DNA of 64,000 nucleotides from positions 496,001-560,000 of the forward strand of contig CAXHJY010000105.1 in NCBI GenBank assembly GCA_964016885.1, in the 5' to 3' direction. This stretch comes from Eledone cirrhosa (lineage: Eukaryota). The first letter of the stretch is position 1. Each line of letters starts with the position of its first letter. The position numbers and the translations under genes were made by a program. Shown here piece after piece: positions 31,885-48,300 of the stretch. The notes under the pieces are model-generated. The model was given only the letters and a program-made list of their open reading frames with translations, was not told where the DNA came from and searched no databases.

Positions 31885-32860
31885 CTAACAAGGATACAGA
31901 ACACTTGCCCTAACATAAGGATACAGAACACTTGACCTAACATAAGGATACAGAACCCTTGACCTAACATAAGGATACAGAACACTTGACCTAACATAAG
32001 GATACAGAACACTTGACCTAACATAAGGATACAGAACCCTTGACCTAACATAAGGATACAGAACACTTGACCTAACATAAGGATACAGAACACTTGACCT
32101 AACATAAGGATACAGAACCCTTGACCTAACATAAGGATACAGAACACTTGACCTAACATAAGGATACAGAACACTTGACCTAACATAAGGATACAGAACA
32201 CTTGACCTAACATAAGGATACAGAACCCTTGACCTAACATAAGGATACAGAACACTTGACCTAACATAAGGATACAGAACCCTTGACCTAACATAAGGAT
32301 ACAGAACCCTTGACCTAACATAAGGATACAGAACACTTGACCTAACATAAGGATACAGAACACTTGACCTAACATAAGGATACAGAACCCTTGACCTAAC
32401 ATAAGGATACAGAACACTTGACCTAACATAAGGATACAGAACACTTGACCTAACATAAGGATACAGAACCCTTGACCTAACATAAGGATACAGAACACTT
32501 GACCTAACATAAGGATACAGAACACTTGACCTAACATAAGGATACAGAACACTTGACCTAACATAAGGATACAGAACCCTTGACCTAACATAAGGATACA
32601 GAACACTTGACCTAACATAAGGATACAGAACCCTTGACCTAACATAAGGATACAGAACACTTGACCTAACATAAGGATACAGAACACTTGACCTAACATA
32701 AGGATACAGAACACCTGACCTAACATAAGGATACAGAACACTTGACCTAACATAAGGATACAGAACCCTTGACCTAACATAAGGATACAGAACCCTTGAC
32801 CTAACATAAGGATACAGAACACTTGACCTAACATAAGGATACAGAACACCTGACCTAACA
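31885..32860. repeat. Homogenised tract of ~36 indel-free 27-bp monomers differing almost only at the A/C site
   Basis: Two overlapping minus-strand frames stay open across the tract (ORFs 31779..32861 and 31885..32886). The only deviations seen are one GCCC and two CACCT monomers. Confidence 0.9.
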
Positions 32861-35800
32861 AGGATACAGAACACCTGACCTAACAAGGATACAGAACAGT
32901 TGACCTAACATAAGGATACAGAACACTTGACCTAACATAAGGATACAGAACACCTGACCTAAATATAAGGATACAGAACACTTAACCTAACATAAGGATA
33001 CAGAACACTTGACCTAACATAAGGATACAGAACACTTGACCTAACATAGGGATACAGAACACTTGACCTAACATAAGGATACAGAACCCTTGACCTAACA
33101 TAAGGATACAGAACACTTGACCTAACACAAGGATACAGAACACCTGACCTAACATAAGGATACAGAACACTTGACCTAACATAAGGATACAGAACCCTTG
33201 ACCTAACATAAGGATACAGAACACTTGACCTAACACAAGGATACAGAACACCTGACCTAACAAGGATACAGAACAGTTGACCTAACATAAGGATACAGAA
33301 CACCTGACCTAACAAGGATACAGAACACTTGACCTAACATAAGGATACAGAACCCTTGACCTAACATAAGGATACAGAACACCTGACCTAACATAAGGAT
33401 ACAGAACACTTGACCTAACATAAGGATACAGAACACTTGACCTAACATAAGGATACAGAACCCTTGACCTAACATAAGGATACAGAACACTTGACCTAAC
33501 ATAAGGATACAGAACCCTTGACCTAACATAAGGATACAGAACCCTTGACCTAACATAAGGATACAGAACACTTGACCTAACATAAGGATACAGAACCCTT
33601 GACCTAACATAAGGATACAGAACCCTTGACCTAACATAAGGATACAGAACCCTTGACCTAACATAAGGATACAGAACCCTTGACCTAACATAAGGATACA
33701 GAACCCTTGACCTAACATAAGGATACAGAACCCTTGACCTAACATAAGGATACAGAACCCTTGACCTAACATAAGGATACAGAACCCTTGACCTAACATA
33801 AGGATACAGAACACTTGACCTAACATAAGGATACAGAACACCTGACCTAAATATAAGGATACAGAACACTTAACCTAACATAAGGATACAGAACACTTGA
33901 CCTAACATAAGGATACAGAACACTTGACCTAACATAGGGATACAGAACACTTGACCTAACATAAGGATACAGAACCCTTGACCTAACATAAAGATACAGA
34001 ACACTTGACCTAACACAAGGATACAGAACACCTGACCTAACATAAGGATACAGAACACTTGACCTAACATAAGGATACAGAACCCTTGACCTAACATAAG
34101 GATACAGAACACTTGACCTAACACAAGGATACAGAACACCTGACCTAACAAGGATACAGAACACCTGACCTAACAAGGATACAGAACAGTTGACCTAACA
34201 TAAGGATACAGAACACGTGACCTAACATAAGGATACAGAACACTTGACCTAACATAAGGATACAGAACCCTTGACCTAACAAGGATACAGAACACTTGAC
34301 CTAACATAAGGATACAGAACACCTGACCAAACAAGGATACAGAACAGTTGACCTAACATAAGGATACAGAACACCTGACCTAACAAGGATCCAGAACACT
34401 TGACCTGACATAAGGATACAGAACACTTGACCTAACATAAGGATACAGAACACTTGACCTAACAAGGATACAGAACACTTGACCTAACATAAGGATACAG
34501 AACCCTTGACCTAACATAAGGATACAGAACCCTTGACCTAACATAAGGATACAGAACCCTTGACCTAACATAAGGATACAGAACACTTGACCTAACATAA
34601 GGATACAGAACACCTGACCTAACAAGGATACAGAACACTTAACCTAACATAAGGATACAGAACACCTGACCTAACAAGGATACAGAACACTTGACCTAAC
34701 ATAAGGATACAGAATCCTTGACCTAACATAAGGATACAGAACACCTGACCGAACAAGGATACAGAACACTTGACCTAACATAAGGATACAGAACCCTTGA
34801 CCTAACATAAGGATACAGAACACCTGACCTAACAAGGATACAGAACACTTGACCTAACATAAGGATACAGAACCCTTGACCTAACAAGGATACAGAACAC
34901 TTGACCTAACATAAGGATACAGAACACCTGACCTAACAAGGATACAGAACACTTGACCTAACATAAGGATACAGAACCCTTGACCTAACATAAGGATACA
35001 GAACCCTTGACCTAACATAAGGATACAGAACCCTTGACCTAACATAAGGATACAGAACACTTGACCTAACATAAGGATACATAACACCTGACCTAACAAG
35101 GATACAGAACACTTGACCTAACATAAGGATACAGAACCCTTGACCTAACATAAGGATAGAGAACCCTTGACCTAACATAAGGATACAGAACACCTGACCT
35201 AACATAAAGATATAGAACCCTTGACCTAACATAAGGATACAGAACCCTTGACCTAACATAAGGATAGAGAACCCTTGACCTAACATAAGGATACAGAACC
35301 CTTGACCTAACATAAGGATACAGAACACTTGACCTAACATAAGGATACAGAACACCTGACCTAACAAGGATACAGAACACCTGACCTAACAAGGATACAG
35401 AACAGTTGACCTAACATAAGGATACAGAACACTTGACCTAACATAAGGATACAGAACACCTGACCTAAATATAAGGATACAGAACACTTAACCTAACATA
35501 AGGATACAGAACACTTGACCTAACATAAGGATACAGAACACTTGACCTAACATAGGGATACAGAACACTTGACCTAACATAAGGATACAGAACCCTTGAC
35601 CTAACATAAGGATACAGAACACTTGACCTAACACAAGGATACAGAACACCTGACCTAACATAAGGATACAGAACACTTGACCTAACATAAGGATACAGAA
35701 CCCTTGACCTAACATAAGGATACAGAACACTTGACCTAACACAAGGATACAGAACACCTGACCTAACAAGGATACAGAACAGTTGACCTAACATAAGGAT

Positions 35801-37805
35801 ACAGAACACCTGACCTAACAAGGATACAGAACACTTGACCTAACATAAGGATACAGAACCCTTGACCTAACATAAGGATACAGAACACCTGACCTAACAT
35901 AAGGATACAGAACACTTGACCTAACATAAGGATACAGAACACTTGACCTAACATAAGGATACAGAACCCTTGACCTAACATAAGGATACAGAACACTTGA
36001 CCTAACATAAGGATACAGAACCCTTGACCTAACATAAGGATACAGAACCCTTGACCTAACATAAGGATACAGAACACTTGACCTAACATAAGGATACAGA
36101 ACCCTTGACCTAACATAAGGATACAGAACCCTTGACCTAACATAAGGATACAGAACCCTTGACCTAACATAAGGATACAGAACCCTTGACCTAACATAAG
36201 GATACAGAACCCTTGACCTAACATAAGGATACAGAACCCTTGACCTAACATAAGGATACAGAACCCTTGACCTAACATAAGGATACAGAACCCTTGACCT
36301 AACATAAGGATACAGAACACTTGACCTAACATAAGGATACAGAACACCTGACCTAAATATAAGGATACAGAACACTTAACCTAACATAAGGATACAGAAC
36401 ACTTGACCTAACATAAGGATACAGAACACTTGACCTAACATAGGGATACAGAACACTTGACCTAACATAAGGATACAGAACCCTTGACCTAACATAAAGA
36501 TACAGAACACTTGACCTAACACAAGGATACAGAACACCTGACCTAACATAAGGATACAGAACACTTGACCTAACATAAGGATACAGAACCCTTGACCTAA
36601 CATAAGGATACAGAACACTTGACCTAACACAAGGATACAGAACACCTGACCTAACAAGGATACAGAACACCTGACCTAACAAGGATACAGAACAGTTGAC
36701 CTAACATAAGGATACAGAACACGTGACCTAACATAAGGATACAGAACACTTGACCTAACATAAGGATACAGAACCCTTGACCTAACAAGGATACAGAACA
36801 CTTGACCTAACATAAGGATACAGAACACCTGACCAAACAAGGATACAGAACAGTTGACCTAACATAAGGATACAGAACACCTGACCTAACAAGGATCCAG
36901 AACACTTGACCTGACATAAGGATACAGAACACTTGACCTAACATAAGGATACAGAACACTTGACCTAACAAGGATACAGAACACTTGACCTAACATAAGG
37001 ATACAGAACCCTTGACCTAACATAAGGATACAGAACCCTTGACCTAACATAAGGATACAGAACCCTTGACCTAACATAAGGATACAGAACACTTGACCTA
37101 ACATAAGGATACAGAACACCTGACCTAACAAGGATACAGAACACTTAACCTAACATAAGGATACAGAACACCTGACCTAACAAGGATACAGAACACTTGA
37201 CCTAACATAAGGATACAGAATCCTTGACCTAACATAAGGATACAGAACACCTGACCGAACAAGGATACAGAACACTTGACCTAACATAAGGATACAGAAC
37301 CCTTGACCTAACATAAGGATACAGAACACCTGACCTAACAAGGATACAGAACACTTGACCTAACATAAGGATACAGAACCCTTGACCTAACAAGGATACA
37401 GAACACTTGACCTAACATAAGGATACAGAACACCTGACCTAACAAGGATACAGAACACTTGACCTAACATAAGGATACAGAACCCTTGACCTAACATAAG
37501 GATACAGAACCCTTGACCTAACATAAGGATACAGAACCCTTGACCTAACATAAGGATACAGAACACTTGACCTAACATAAGGATACATAACACCTGACCT
37601 AACAAGGATACAGAACACTTGACCTAACATAAGGATACAGAACCCTTGACCTAACATAAGGATAGAGAACCCTTGACCTAACATAAGGATACAGAACACC
37701 TGACCTAACATAAAGATATAGAACCCTTGACCTAACATAAGGATACAGAACCCTTGACCTAACATAAGGATAGAGAACCCTTGACCTAACATAAGGATAC
37801 AGAAC
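32765..37805. repeat. Domain II: near-perfect tandem duplication with a 2,506-bp period
   Basis: Rare variants are paired at exactly +2506: GGATCC 34387/36893, GACCGAAC 34747/37253, ATAACAC 35081/37587. Identical ORF pairs include 32959..33315/35465..35821 and 33257..33841/35763..36347. Boundaries were estimated by eye. Confidence 0.93.
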
Positions 37806-37849
37806 ACTTGACCTAACAAAGATATAGAACCCTTGACCTAACATAAGGA

Positions 37850-39300
37850 TACAGAACACATGACCTAACAAGGATACAGAATGCTTGACCTAACATAAGG
37901 ATACAGAACACATGACCTAACATAAGGATCCAGAACACTTGATCTAACATAAGGATACAGAACCCTTGACCTAACATAAGGATACAGAACCCTTGACCTA
38001 ACATAAGGATACAGAACCCTTGACCTAACATAAGGATACAGAACCCTTGACCTAACATAAGGATACAGAACCCTTGACCTAACATAAGGATACAGAACCC
38101 TTGACCTAACATAAGGATACAGAACCCTTGACCTAACATAAGGATACAGAAGACTTGACCTTACATAAGGATACAGAACCCTTGACCTAACATAAGGATA
38201 CAGAACCCTTGACCTAACATAAGGATACAGAAGACTTGACCTTACATAAGGATACAGAACCCTTGACCTAACATAAGGATACAGAACCCTTGACCTAACA
38301 TAAGGATACAGAACCCTTGACCTAACATAAGGATACAGAACACTTGACCTAACATAAGGATACAGAAGACTTGACCTAACATAAGGATACAGAACCCTTG
38401 ACCTAACATAAGGATACAGAAGACTTGACCTTACATAAGGATACAGAACCCTTGACCTAACATAAGGATACAGAACCCTTGACCTAACATAAGGATACAG
38501 AACCCTTGACCTAACATAAGGATACAGAACCCTTGACCTAACATAAGGATACAGAAGACTTGACCTAACATAAGGATACAGAACCCTTGACCTAACATAA
38601 GGATACAGAACACTTGACCTAACATAAGGATCCAGAACACTTGATCTAACATAAGGATACAGAAGCCTTGACCTAACAAGGATACAGAACCCTTGACCTA
38701 ACAAGGGTACAGAACAGTTGATCTAACATAAGGATACAGAACCCTTGACCTAACATAAGGATACAGAAGACTTGACCTAACATAAGGATACAGAACCCTT
38801 GACCTAACATAAGGATACAGAAGACTTGACCTAACATAAGGATACAGAACCCTTGACCTAACATAAGGATACAGAAGACTTGACCTAACATAAGGATACA
38901 GAAGACTTGACCTAACATAAGGATACAGAACACTTGACCTTACATAAGGATACAGAACCATTGACCTAACATAAGGATACAGAACACTTGACCTAACAAG
39001 GAAACAGAATGCTTGACCTAACATAAGGATACAGAACACTTGATCTAACATAAGGATACAGAACCCTTGACCTAACATAAGGATACAGAACCCTTGACCT
39101 AACATAAGGATACAGAACACTTGACCTAACAAGGATACAGAACGCTTGACCTAACATAAGGATACAGAACCCTTGACCTAACATAAGGATACAGAACCCT
39201 TGACCTAACATAAGGATACAGAACACTTGACCTAACATAAGATACAGAACCCTTGACCTAACATAAGGATACGGAACCCTTGACCTAACAAGGATACAGA
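37850..39300. repeat. Domain III: transitional tract rich in CCCTT and GAAGACTT monomers
   Basis: Long runs of GAACCCTT are interleaved with GAAGACTT. The local variant GACCTTACAT occurs at 38157, 38238, 38427 and 38936. GAATGCTT first appears here and GAACACATG becomes common. Confidence 0.7.
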
Positions 39301-39359
39301 AGACTTGACCTAACATAAGCATACAGAACCCTTGACCTAACATAAGGATACAGAACACA

Positions 39360-42300
39360 TGACCTAACAAGGATACAGAACGCTTGACTTAACATAAGGA
39401 TACAGAACACTTGACCTAACATAAGGATATAGAACCCTTGACCTAACATAAGGATACAGAACCCTTGACCTAACATAAGGATACAGAACAACTGACCTAA
39501 CAAAGATACAGAACACATGACCTAACATAGGGATACAGAACACTTGACCCAATATAAGGATACAGAACCGTTGACCTAACATAAGGATACAGAACCCTTG
39601 ACTTAACATAAGGATACAGAACATTTGACCTAACATAAGGATACAGAACCCTTGACCTAACATAAGGATACAGAACACTTGACCTAACATAAGCATACAG
39701 AACTCTTGACCTAACATAAGGATACAGAACACTTGACCTAACATAAGGATACAGAACATTTGACCTAACATAAGCATACAGAACACTTGAGCTAACATAA
39801 GGATACAGAACACTTGACCTAACATAAGGATACAGAACCCTTGACCTAACATAAGGATACAGAACACCTGACCTAACATAGGGATACAGAACACCTGACC
39901 TAACATAGGGATAAAGAACACTTGACCTAACATAAGGATACAGAACACTTGACCTAACATAGGGATAAAGAACACTTGACCTAACATAAGGACACAGAAC
40001 CCTTGACCTAACATAGGGATAAAGAACACTTGACCTAACATAAGGATACAGAACACTTGACCTGACATAAGGATACAGAACACTTGACCTAACATAAGGA
40101 TACAGAACACATGACCTAACATAAGGATACAGAACACTTGACCTAACATAAGGATACAGAACACTTGACCTAACATAAGGATACAGAACACTTGACCGCA
40201 CATAAGGATACAGAACACTTGACCTAACATAAGGATACAGAACACATGACCTAACATAAGGATACAGAACACATGACCTAACATAAGGATACAGAACACT
40301 TGACCTAACATAAGGATACAGAACACTTGACCTAACATAAGGATACAGAACACTTGACCGCACATAAGGATACAGAACACTTGACCTAACATAAGGATAC
40401 AGAACACAAGACATAATATAAGCATACAGAACACCTGACCTAACATAAGGTTACAGAACACCTGACCTAACATAAGGATACAGAACACTTGACCTAAGAT
40501 AAGGATACAGAACCCTTGACCTAACATAAGGATACAGAACCCTTGACCTAACATAATGATACAGAAGTCTTGACCTAACATAAGGATAGAGAATCCTTGA
40601 TCTAACATAAGGATACAGAACCCTTGACCTAACATAAGGATACAGAACCCTTGATCTAACATAAGGATACAGAAGATTTTACCTAACATAACCATACAGA
40701 ACCCTTGACCTAACATAAGGATACAGAACCCTTGACCTAACAAGGATACAGAATGCTTGACCTAACATAAGGATCCAGAACACTTGACCTAACATAAGGA
40801 TACAGAACCCTTGACCTAACATAAGGATACAGAACCCTTGACCTAACATAAGGATACAGAACCCTTGACCTAACATAAGGATACAGAACCCTTGACCTAA
40901 CATAAGATACAGAACCCTTGACCTAACATAAGCATACAGAACCCTTGACCTAACATAAGGATACAGAACACATGACCTAACAAGGATACAGAACGCTTGA
41001 CCTAACATAAGGATACAGAACACCTGACCTAACATAAGGATACAGAACAACTGACCTAACAAAGATACAGAACACATGACCTAACATAGGGATACAGAAC
41101 ACTTGACCCAATATAAGGATACAGAACCGTTGACCTAACATAAGGATACAGAACCCTTGACTTAACATAAGGATACAGAACATTTGACCTAACATAAGGA
41201 TACAGAACCCTTGACCTAACATAAGGATACAGAACACTTGACCTAACATAAGCATACAGAACTCTTGACCTAACATAAGGATACAGAACACTTGACCTAA
41301 CATAAGGATACAGAACATTTGACCTAACATAAGCATACAGAACACTTGAGCTAACATAAGGATACAGAACACTTGACCTAACATAAGGATACAGAACCCT
41401 TGACCTAACATAAGGATACAGAACACCTGACCTAACATAGGGATACAGAACACCTGACCTAACATAGGGATAAAGAACACTTGACCTAACATAAGGATAC
41501 AGAACACTTGACCTAACATAGGGATAAAGAACACTTGACCTAACATAAGGACACAGAACCCTTGACCTAACATAGGGATAAAGAACACTTGACCTAACAT
41601 AAGGATACAGAACACTTGACCTGACATAAGGATACAGAACACTTGACCTAACATAAGGATACAGAACACATGACCTAACATAAGGATACAGAACACTTGA
41701 CCTAACATAAGGATACAGAACACTTGACCGCACATAAGGATACAGAACACTTGACCTAACATAAGGATACAGAACACAAGACATAACATAAGCATACAGA
41801 ACACCTGACCTAACATAAGGTTACAGAACACCTGACCTAACATAAGGATACAGAACACTTGACCTAAGATAAGGATACAGAACCCTTGACCTAACATAAG
41901 GATACAGAACCCTTGACCTAACATAATGATACAGAAGTCTTGACCTAACATAAGGATAGAGAATCCTTGATCTAACATAAGGATACAGAACCCTTGACCT
42001 AACATAAGGATACAGAACCCTTGATCTAACATAAGGATACAGAAGATTTTACCTAACATAACCATACAGAACCCTTGACCTAACATAAGGATACAGAACC
42101 CTTGACCTAACAAGGATACAGAATGCTTGACCTAACATAAGGATCCAGAACACTTGACCTAACATAAGGATACAGAACCCTTGACCTAACATAAGGATAC
42201 AGAACCCTTGACCTAACATAAGGATACAGAACCCTTGACCTAACATAAGGATACAGAACCCTTGACCTAACATAAGATACAGAACCCTTGACCTAACATA

Positions 42301-45300
42301 AGCATACAGAACCCTTGACCTATCATAAGGATACAGAACACATGACCTAACAAGGATACAGAACGCTTGACCTAACATAAGGATACAGAACACCTGACCT
42401 AACATAAGGATACAGTACACTTGACCTAACGTAAGGATACAGAACACTTGACTTAACGTAAGGATACAGAACACTTGACCTAACGTAAGGATACAGAACC
42501 CTTGACCTAACATAAGGATACAGAACACTTGACCTAACATAAGGATACAGAACACTTGACCTAACATAAGGATACAGAACACCTGACCTAACATACGGAT
42601 ACAGAACACCTGACCTAACATAAGGATGCAGAACACTTGACCTAACACAAGGATACAGAACACTTGACCTAACGTAAGGATACAGAACACTTGACCTAAC
42701 ATAAGGATACAGAACACTTGACCTAATGTAAGGATACAGAACACCTGACCTAACATAAGGATACAGAACACTTGACCTAACATAAGGATACAGAACACTT
42801 GACCTAACAAGGATACAGAACACTTGACCTAACATAAGGATACAGAACACTTGACCTAACACAAGGATACAGAACACCTGACCTAACATAAGGATACAGA
42901 TCACCTGACCTAACAAGAATAGAGAACACCTGACCTAACATAAGGATACAGAACACCTGACCTAACATAAGGATACAGATCACTTGACCTAACCTAAGTA
43001 TACAGAACACTTGACCTAATGTAAGGATACAGAACACCTGACCTAACATAAGAATACAGAAAACCTGACCTAACATAATGATACAGAACACTTGACCTAA
43101 CATAATACAGAACCCTTGACCTAACATAAGGATACAGAACACTTGACCTAACATAATACAGAACCCTTGACCTAACATAAGGATACAGAACACCTGACCT
43201 AACAAAGATACAGAACACCTGACCTAACATAGGGATACAGAACACTTGACCCAACATAAGGATACAGAAGACCTGACCTGACAGGATACAGAACACTTGA
43301 CCTAACATAAGGATACAAAACCCTTGACCTAACATAAGGATACAGAACCCTTGACCTAACATAAGGATACAGAACCCTTGACCTAACATAAGGATACAGA
43401 ACCGTTAACCTAACATAAGGATACAGAACCCTTGACTTAACATAAGGATACAGAACATTTGACCCAACATAAGGATACAGAACACCTGACCTAACATAAA
43501 GATACAGAACACTTCACCTAACATAAGGATACAGAACCCTTGACCTAACATAAGCATACAGAACACTTGACCTAACATAGGGATACAGAACACCTGACCT
43601 AACAAGGATACAGAACACTTGACCTCACATAAGGATACAGAACATATGACCTAACATAAGGATACAGAACCCTTGACATAACATAAGGATACAGAACCCT
43701 TGATCTAACATAAGGATACAGAAGACTTGACCTAACGTAACCATACAGAACACTTGACCTAACATAAGGATACAGAACACTTGACCTAACATAAGGATAC
43801 AGAACCCTTGACCTAACGTAAGGATACAAAACACTTCACCTAACATAAGGATACAGAACCCTTGACCTAACATAGGGATACAGAACACTTGACCTAACAT
43901 AAGGATACAGAACCCTTGACCTAACATAAGGATACAGAACCCTCGACCTTAAATAATGATACAGAACACTTGACCTAACATAAGGATACAGAACCCTTGA
44001 CCTAACGTAAGGATACAAAACACTTGACCTAACATAAGGATACAGAACACCTGACCTAACATAAGGATACAGAACACTTGACCTAACATAAGCATACAGA
44101 ACCCTTGACCTATCATAAGGATATAGAACCCTTGACCTAACATAAGGATACAGAACCCTTGACCTAACATAAGGATAGAGAACCCTTCACCTAACATAAG
44201 GATACAGAACACCTGACCTAACAAAGATATAGAACCCTTGACCTAACATAAGGATACAGAACCCTTGACCTAACATAAGGATACAGAACAACTGACCTAA
44301 CAAAGATACAGAACACATGACCTAACATAGGGATACAGAACACTTGACCCAATATAAGGATACAGAACCGTTGACCTAACATAAGGATACAGAACATTTG
44401 ACCTAACATAAGGATACAGAACACTTGACCTAACATAAGGATACAGAACATTTGACCTAACATAAGGATACAGAACACCTGACCTAACATAGGGATACAG
44501 AACACCTGACCTAACATAGGGATAAAGAACACTTGACCTAACATAAGGATACAGAACACTTGACCTAACATAGGGATAAAGAACACTTGACCTAACATAA
44601 GGATACAGAACACATGACCCAACATAAGGACACAGAACCCTTGACCTAACATAAGGATACAGAACACTTGACCGCACATAAGGATACAGAACACTTGACC
44701 TAACATAAGGATACAGAACACAAGACATAACATAAGCATACAGAACACTTGACCTAACAAGGATACAGAACCCTTGACCTAACAAGGATACAGAACACTT
44801 GACCTAACATAAGGATACAGAACATCTGACCTAACATAAGGTTACAGAACACCTGACCTAACATAAGGATACAGAACACTTGACCTAACATAAGGATACA
44901 GAACCCTTGACCTAACATAAGGATACAGAACCCTTGACCTAACATAATGATACAGAAGCCTTGACCTAAAATAAGGATAGAGAATCCTTGATCTAACATA
45001 AGGATACAGAACCCTTGACCTAACATAATGATACAGAAGCCTTGACCTAACATAAGGATAGAGAATCCTTGATCTAACATAAGGATACAGAACCCTTGAT
45101 CTAACATAAGGATACAGAAGATTTTACCTAACATAACCATACAGAACCCTTGACCTAACATAAGGATACAGAACACATGACCTAACAAGGATACAGAATG
45201 CTTGACCTAACATAAGGATCCAGAACACTTGACCTAACATAAGGATACAGAACCCTTGACCTAACATAAGGATACAGAACACTTGACCTAACATAAGGAT

Positions 45301-48300
45301 ACAGAACACTTGACCTAACATAAGGATACAGAACCCTTGACCTAACATAAGGATACAGAACCCTTGACCTAACATAAGGATACAGAATCCTTGACCTAAC
45401 ATAAGATACAGAACCCTTGACCTAACATAAGGATACAGAACCCTTGACCTAACATAAAGGATACAGAACCCTTGACCTATCATAAGGATACAGAACACTT
45501 GACCTAACATAAGGATACAGAACCCTTGACCTAACATAAGGATACAGAAGACTTGACCTAACATAAGCATACAGAACCCTTGACCTAACATAAGGATACA
45601 GAACACATGACCTAACAAGGATACAGAACGCTTGACCTAATATAAGGATACAGAACACTTGACCTAACATAAGGATACAGAACACCTGACCTAACATAAG
45701 GATACAGAACACTTGACCTAACGTAAGGATACAGAACACTTGACTTAACGTAAGGATACAGAACACTTGACCTAACGTAAGGATACAGGACACCTGACCT
45801 AACATACGGATACAGAACACCTGACCTAACATAAGGATGCAGAACACTTGACCTAACACAAGGATACAGAACACTTGACCTAACGTAAGGATACAGAACA
45901 CTTGACCTAACGTAAGGATACAGAACACTTGACCTAATGTAAGGATACAGAACACCTGACCTAACATAAGGATACAGATCACTTGACCTAAGATAAGGAT
46001 ACAGAAAACCTGACCTAACAATGATACAGAACACTTGACCTAACATAATACAGAACCCTTGACCTAACATAAGGATACAGAACACTTGACCTAACATAAT
46101 ACAGAACCCTTGACCTAACATAAGGATACAGAACACCTGACCTAACAAAGATACAGAACACCTGACCTAACATAGGGATACAGAACACTTGACCCAACAT
46201 AAGGATACAGAAGACCTGACCTGACAGGATACAGAACACTTGACCTAACATAAGGATACAAAACCCTTGACCTAACATAAGGATACAGAACCCTTGACCT
46301 AACATAAGGATACAGAACCCTTGACCTAACATAAGGATACAGAACCGTTAACCTAACATAAGGATACAGAACCCTTGACTTAACATAAGGATACAGAACA
46401 TTTGACCCAACATAAGGATACAGAACACCTGACCTAACATAAAGATACAGAACACTTCACCTAACATAAGGATACAGAACCCTTGACCTAACATAAGGAT
46501 ACAGAACCCTTGACCTAACATAAGGATACAGAACACTTGACCTAACATAGGGATACAGAACACTTGACCTAACATAAGCATACAGAACACTTGACCTAAC
46601 ATAGGGATACAGAACACCTGACCTAACATAAGGATACAGAACACTTGACCTCACAGAAGGATACAGAACATTTGACCTAACATAAGGATACAGAACCCTT
46701 GACCTAACATAAGGATACAGAACCCTTGACATAACATAAGGATACAGAACCCTTGATCTAACATAAGGATACAGAAGACTTGACCTAACGTAACCATACA
46801 GAACACTTGACCTAACATAAGGATACAGAACACCTGACCTAACATAAGGATACAGATCACCGGACCTAACGAGGATACAGAACACCTGACCTAACATAAG
46901 GATACAGAACACCGGACCTAACGAGGATACAGAACACCTGACCTAACATAAGGATACAGAACACCTGACCTGACATAAGGATAGAGAACACTTGACTTAA
47001 CGTAAGGATACAGAACACTTGACCTAACATAAGGATACAGAACACTTGACCTAACACAAGGATACAGAAAACCTGACCTAACATAAGGATACAGATCACC
47101 TGACCTAACAAGAATACAGAACACCTGACCTAACATAAGGATACAGAACACCTGACCTAACATAAGGATACAGAACACTTGACCTAACCTAAGGATACAG
47201 AACACTTGACCTAACATAAGGATACAGAACCCTTGACCTAACGTAAGGATACAAAACACTTCACCTAACATAAGGATTCAAAACACTTGACCTAACATAG
47301 GAATACAGAACCCTTGACCTAACATAGGGATACAGAACACTTGACCTAACATAAGGATACAGAACCCTTGACCTAACATAAGGATACAGAACCCTTGACC
47401 TAACATAATGATACAGAACGCTTGACCTAACATAAGGAAACAGAACCCTTGACCTAACGTAAGGATACAAAACACTTGACCTAACATAAGGATACAGAAC
47501 ACCTGACCTAACAAAGATATAGAACCCTTGACCAAACATAAGGATACAGAACCCTTGACCTAACATAAGGATACAGAACACTTGACCTAACATAAGATAC
47601 AGAACCCTTGACCTAACATAAGGATACAGAACCCTTGACCTAACATAAAGGATACAGAACCCTTGACCTAACAAGGATACAGAAGACTTGACCTAACATA
47701 AGCATACAGAACCCTTGACCTAACATAAGGATACAGAACACATGACCTAACAAGGATACAGAACGCTTGACCTAATATAAGGATACAGAACCCTTGACCT
47801 AACATAAGGATACAGAACACCTGACCTAACATAAGGATACAGAACACTTGACCTAACGTAAGGATACAGAACACTTGACTTAACGTAAGGATACAGAACA
47901 CTTGACCTAACATAAGGATACAGAACATTTGACCTAACATAAGCATACAGAACACTTGACCTGACATAATACAGAACCCTTGACCTAACATAAGGATACA
48001 GAACAACTGACCTAACAAAGATACAGAACACATGACCTAAAATAGGGATACAGAACACTTGACCCAATATAAGGATACAGAAGACCTGACCTAACAGAAG
48101 GATACAGAACCCTTGACCTAACATAAGGATACAGAACCGTTGACCTAACATAAGGATACAGAACACTTGACTTAACATAAGGATACAGAACACTTGACCT
48201 AACATAAGGATACAGAACACTTGACCTAACATAAGGATACAGAACATTTGACCTAACATAAGGATACAGAACACTTGAGCTAACATAAGGATACAGAACA

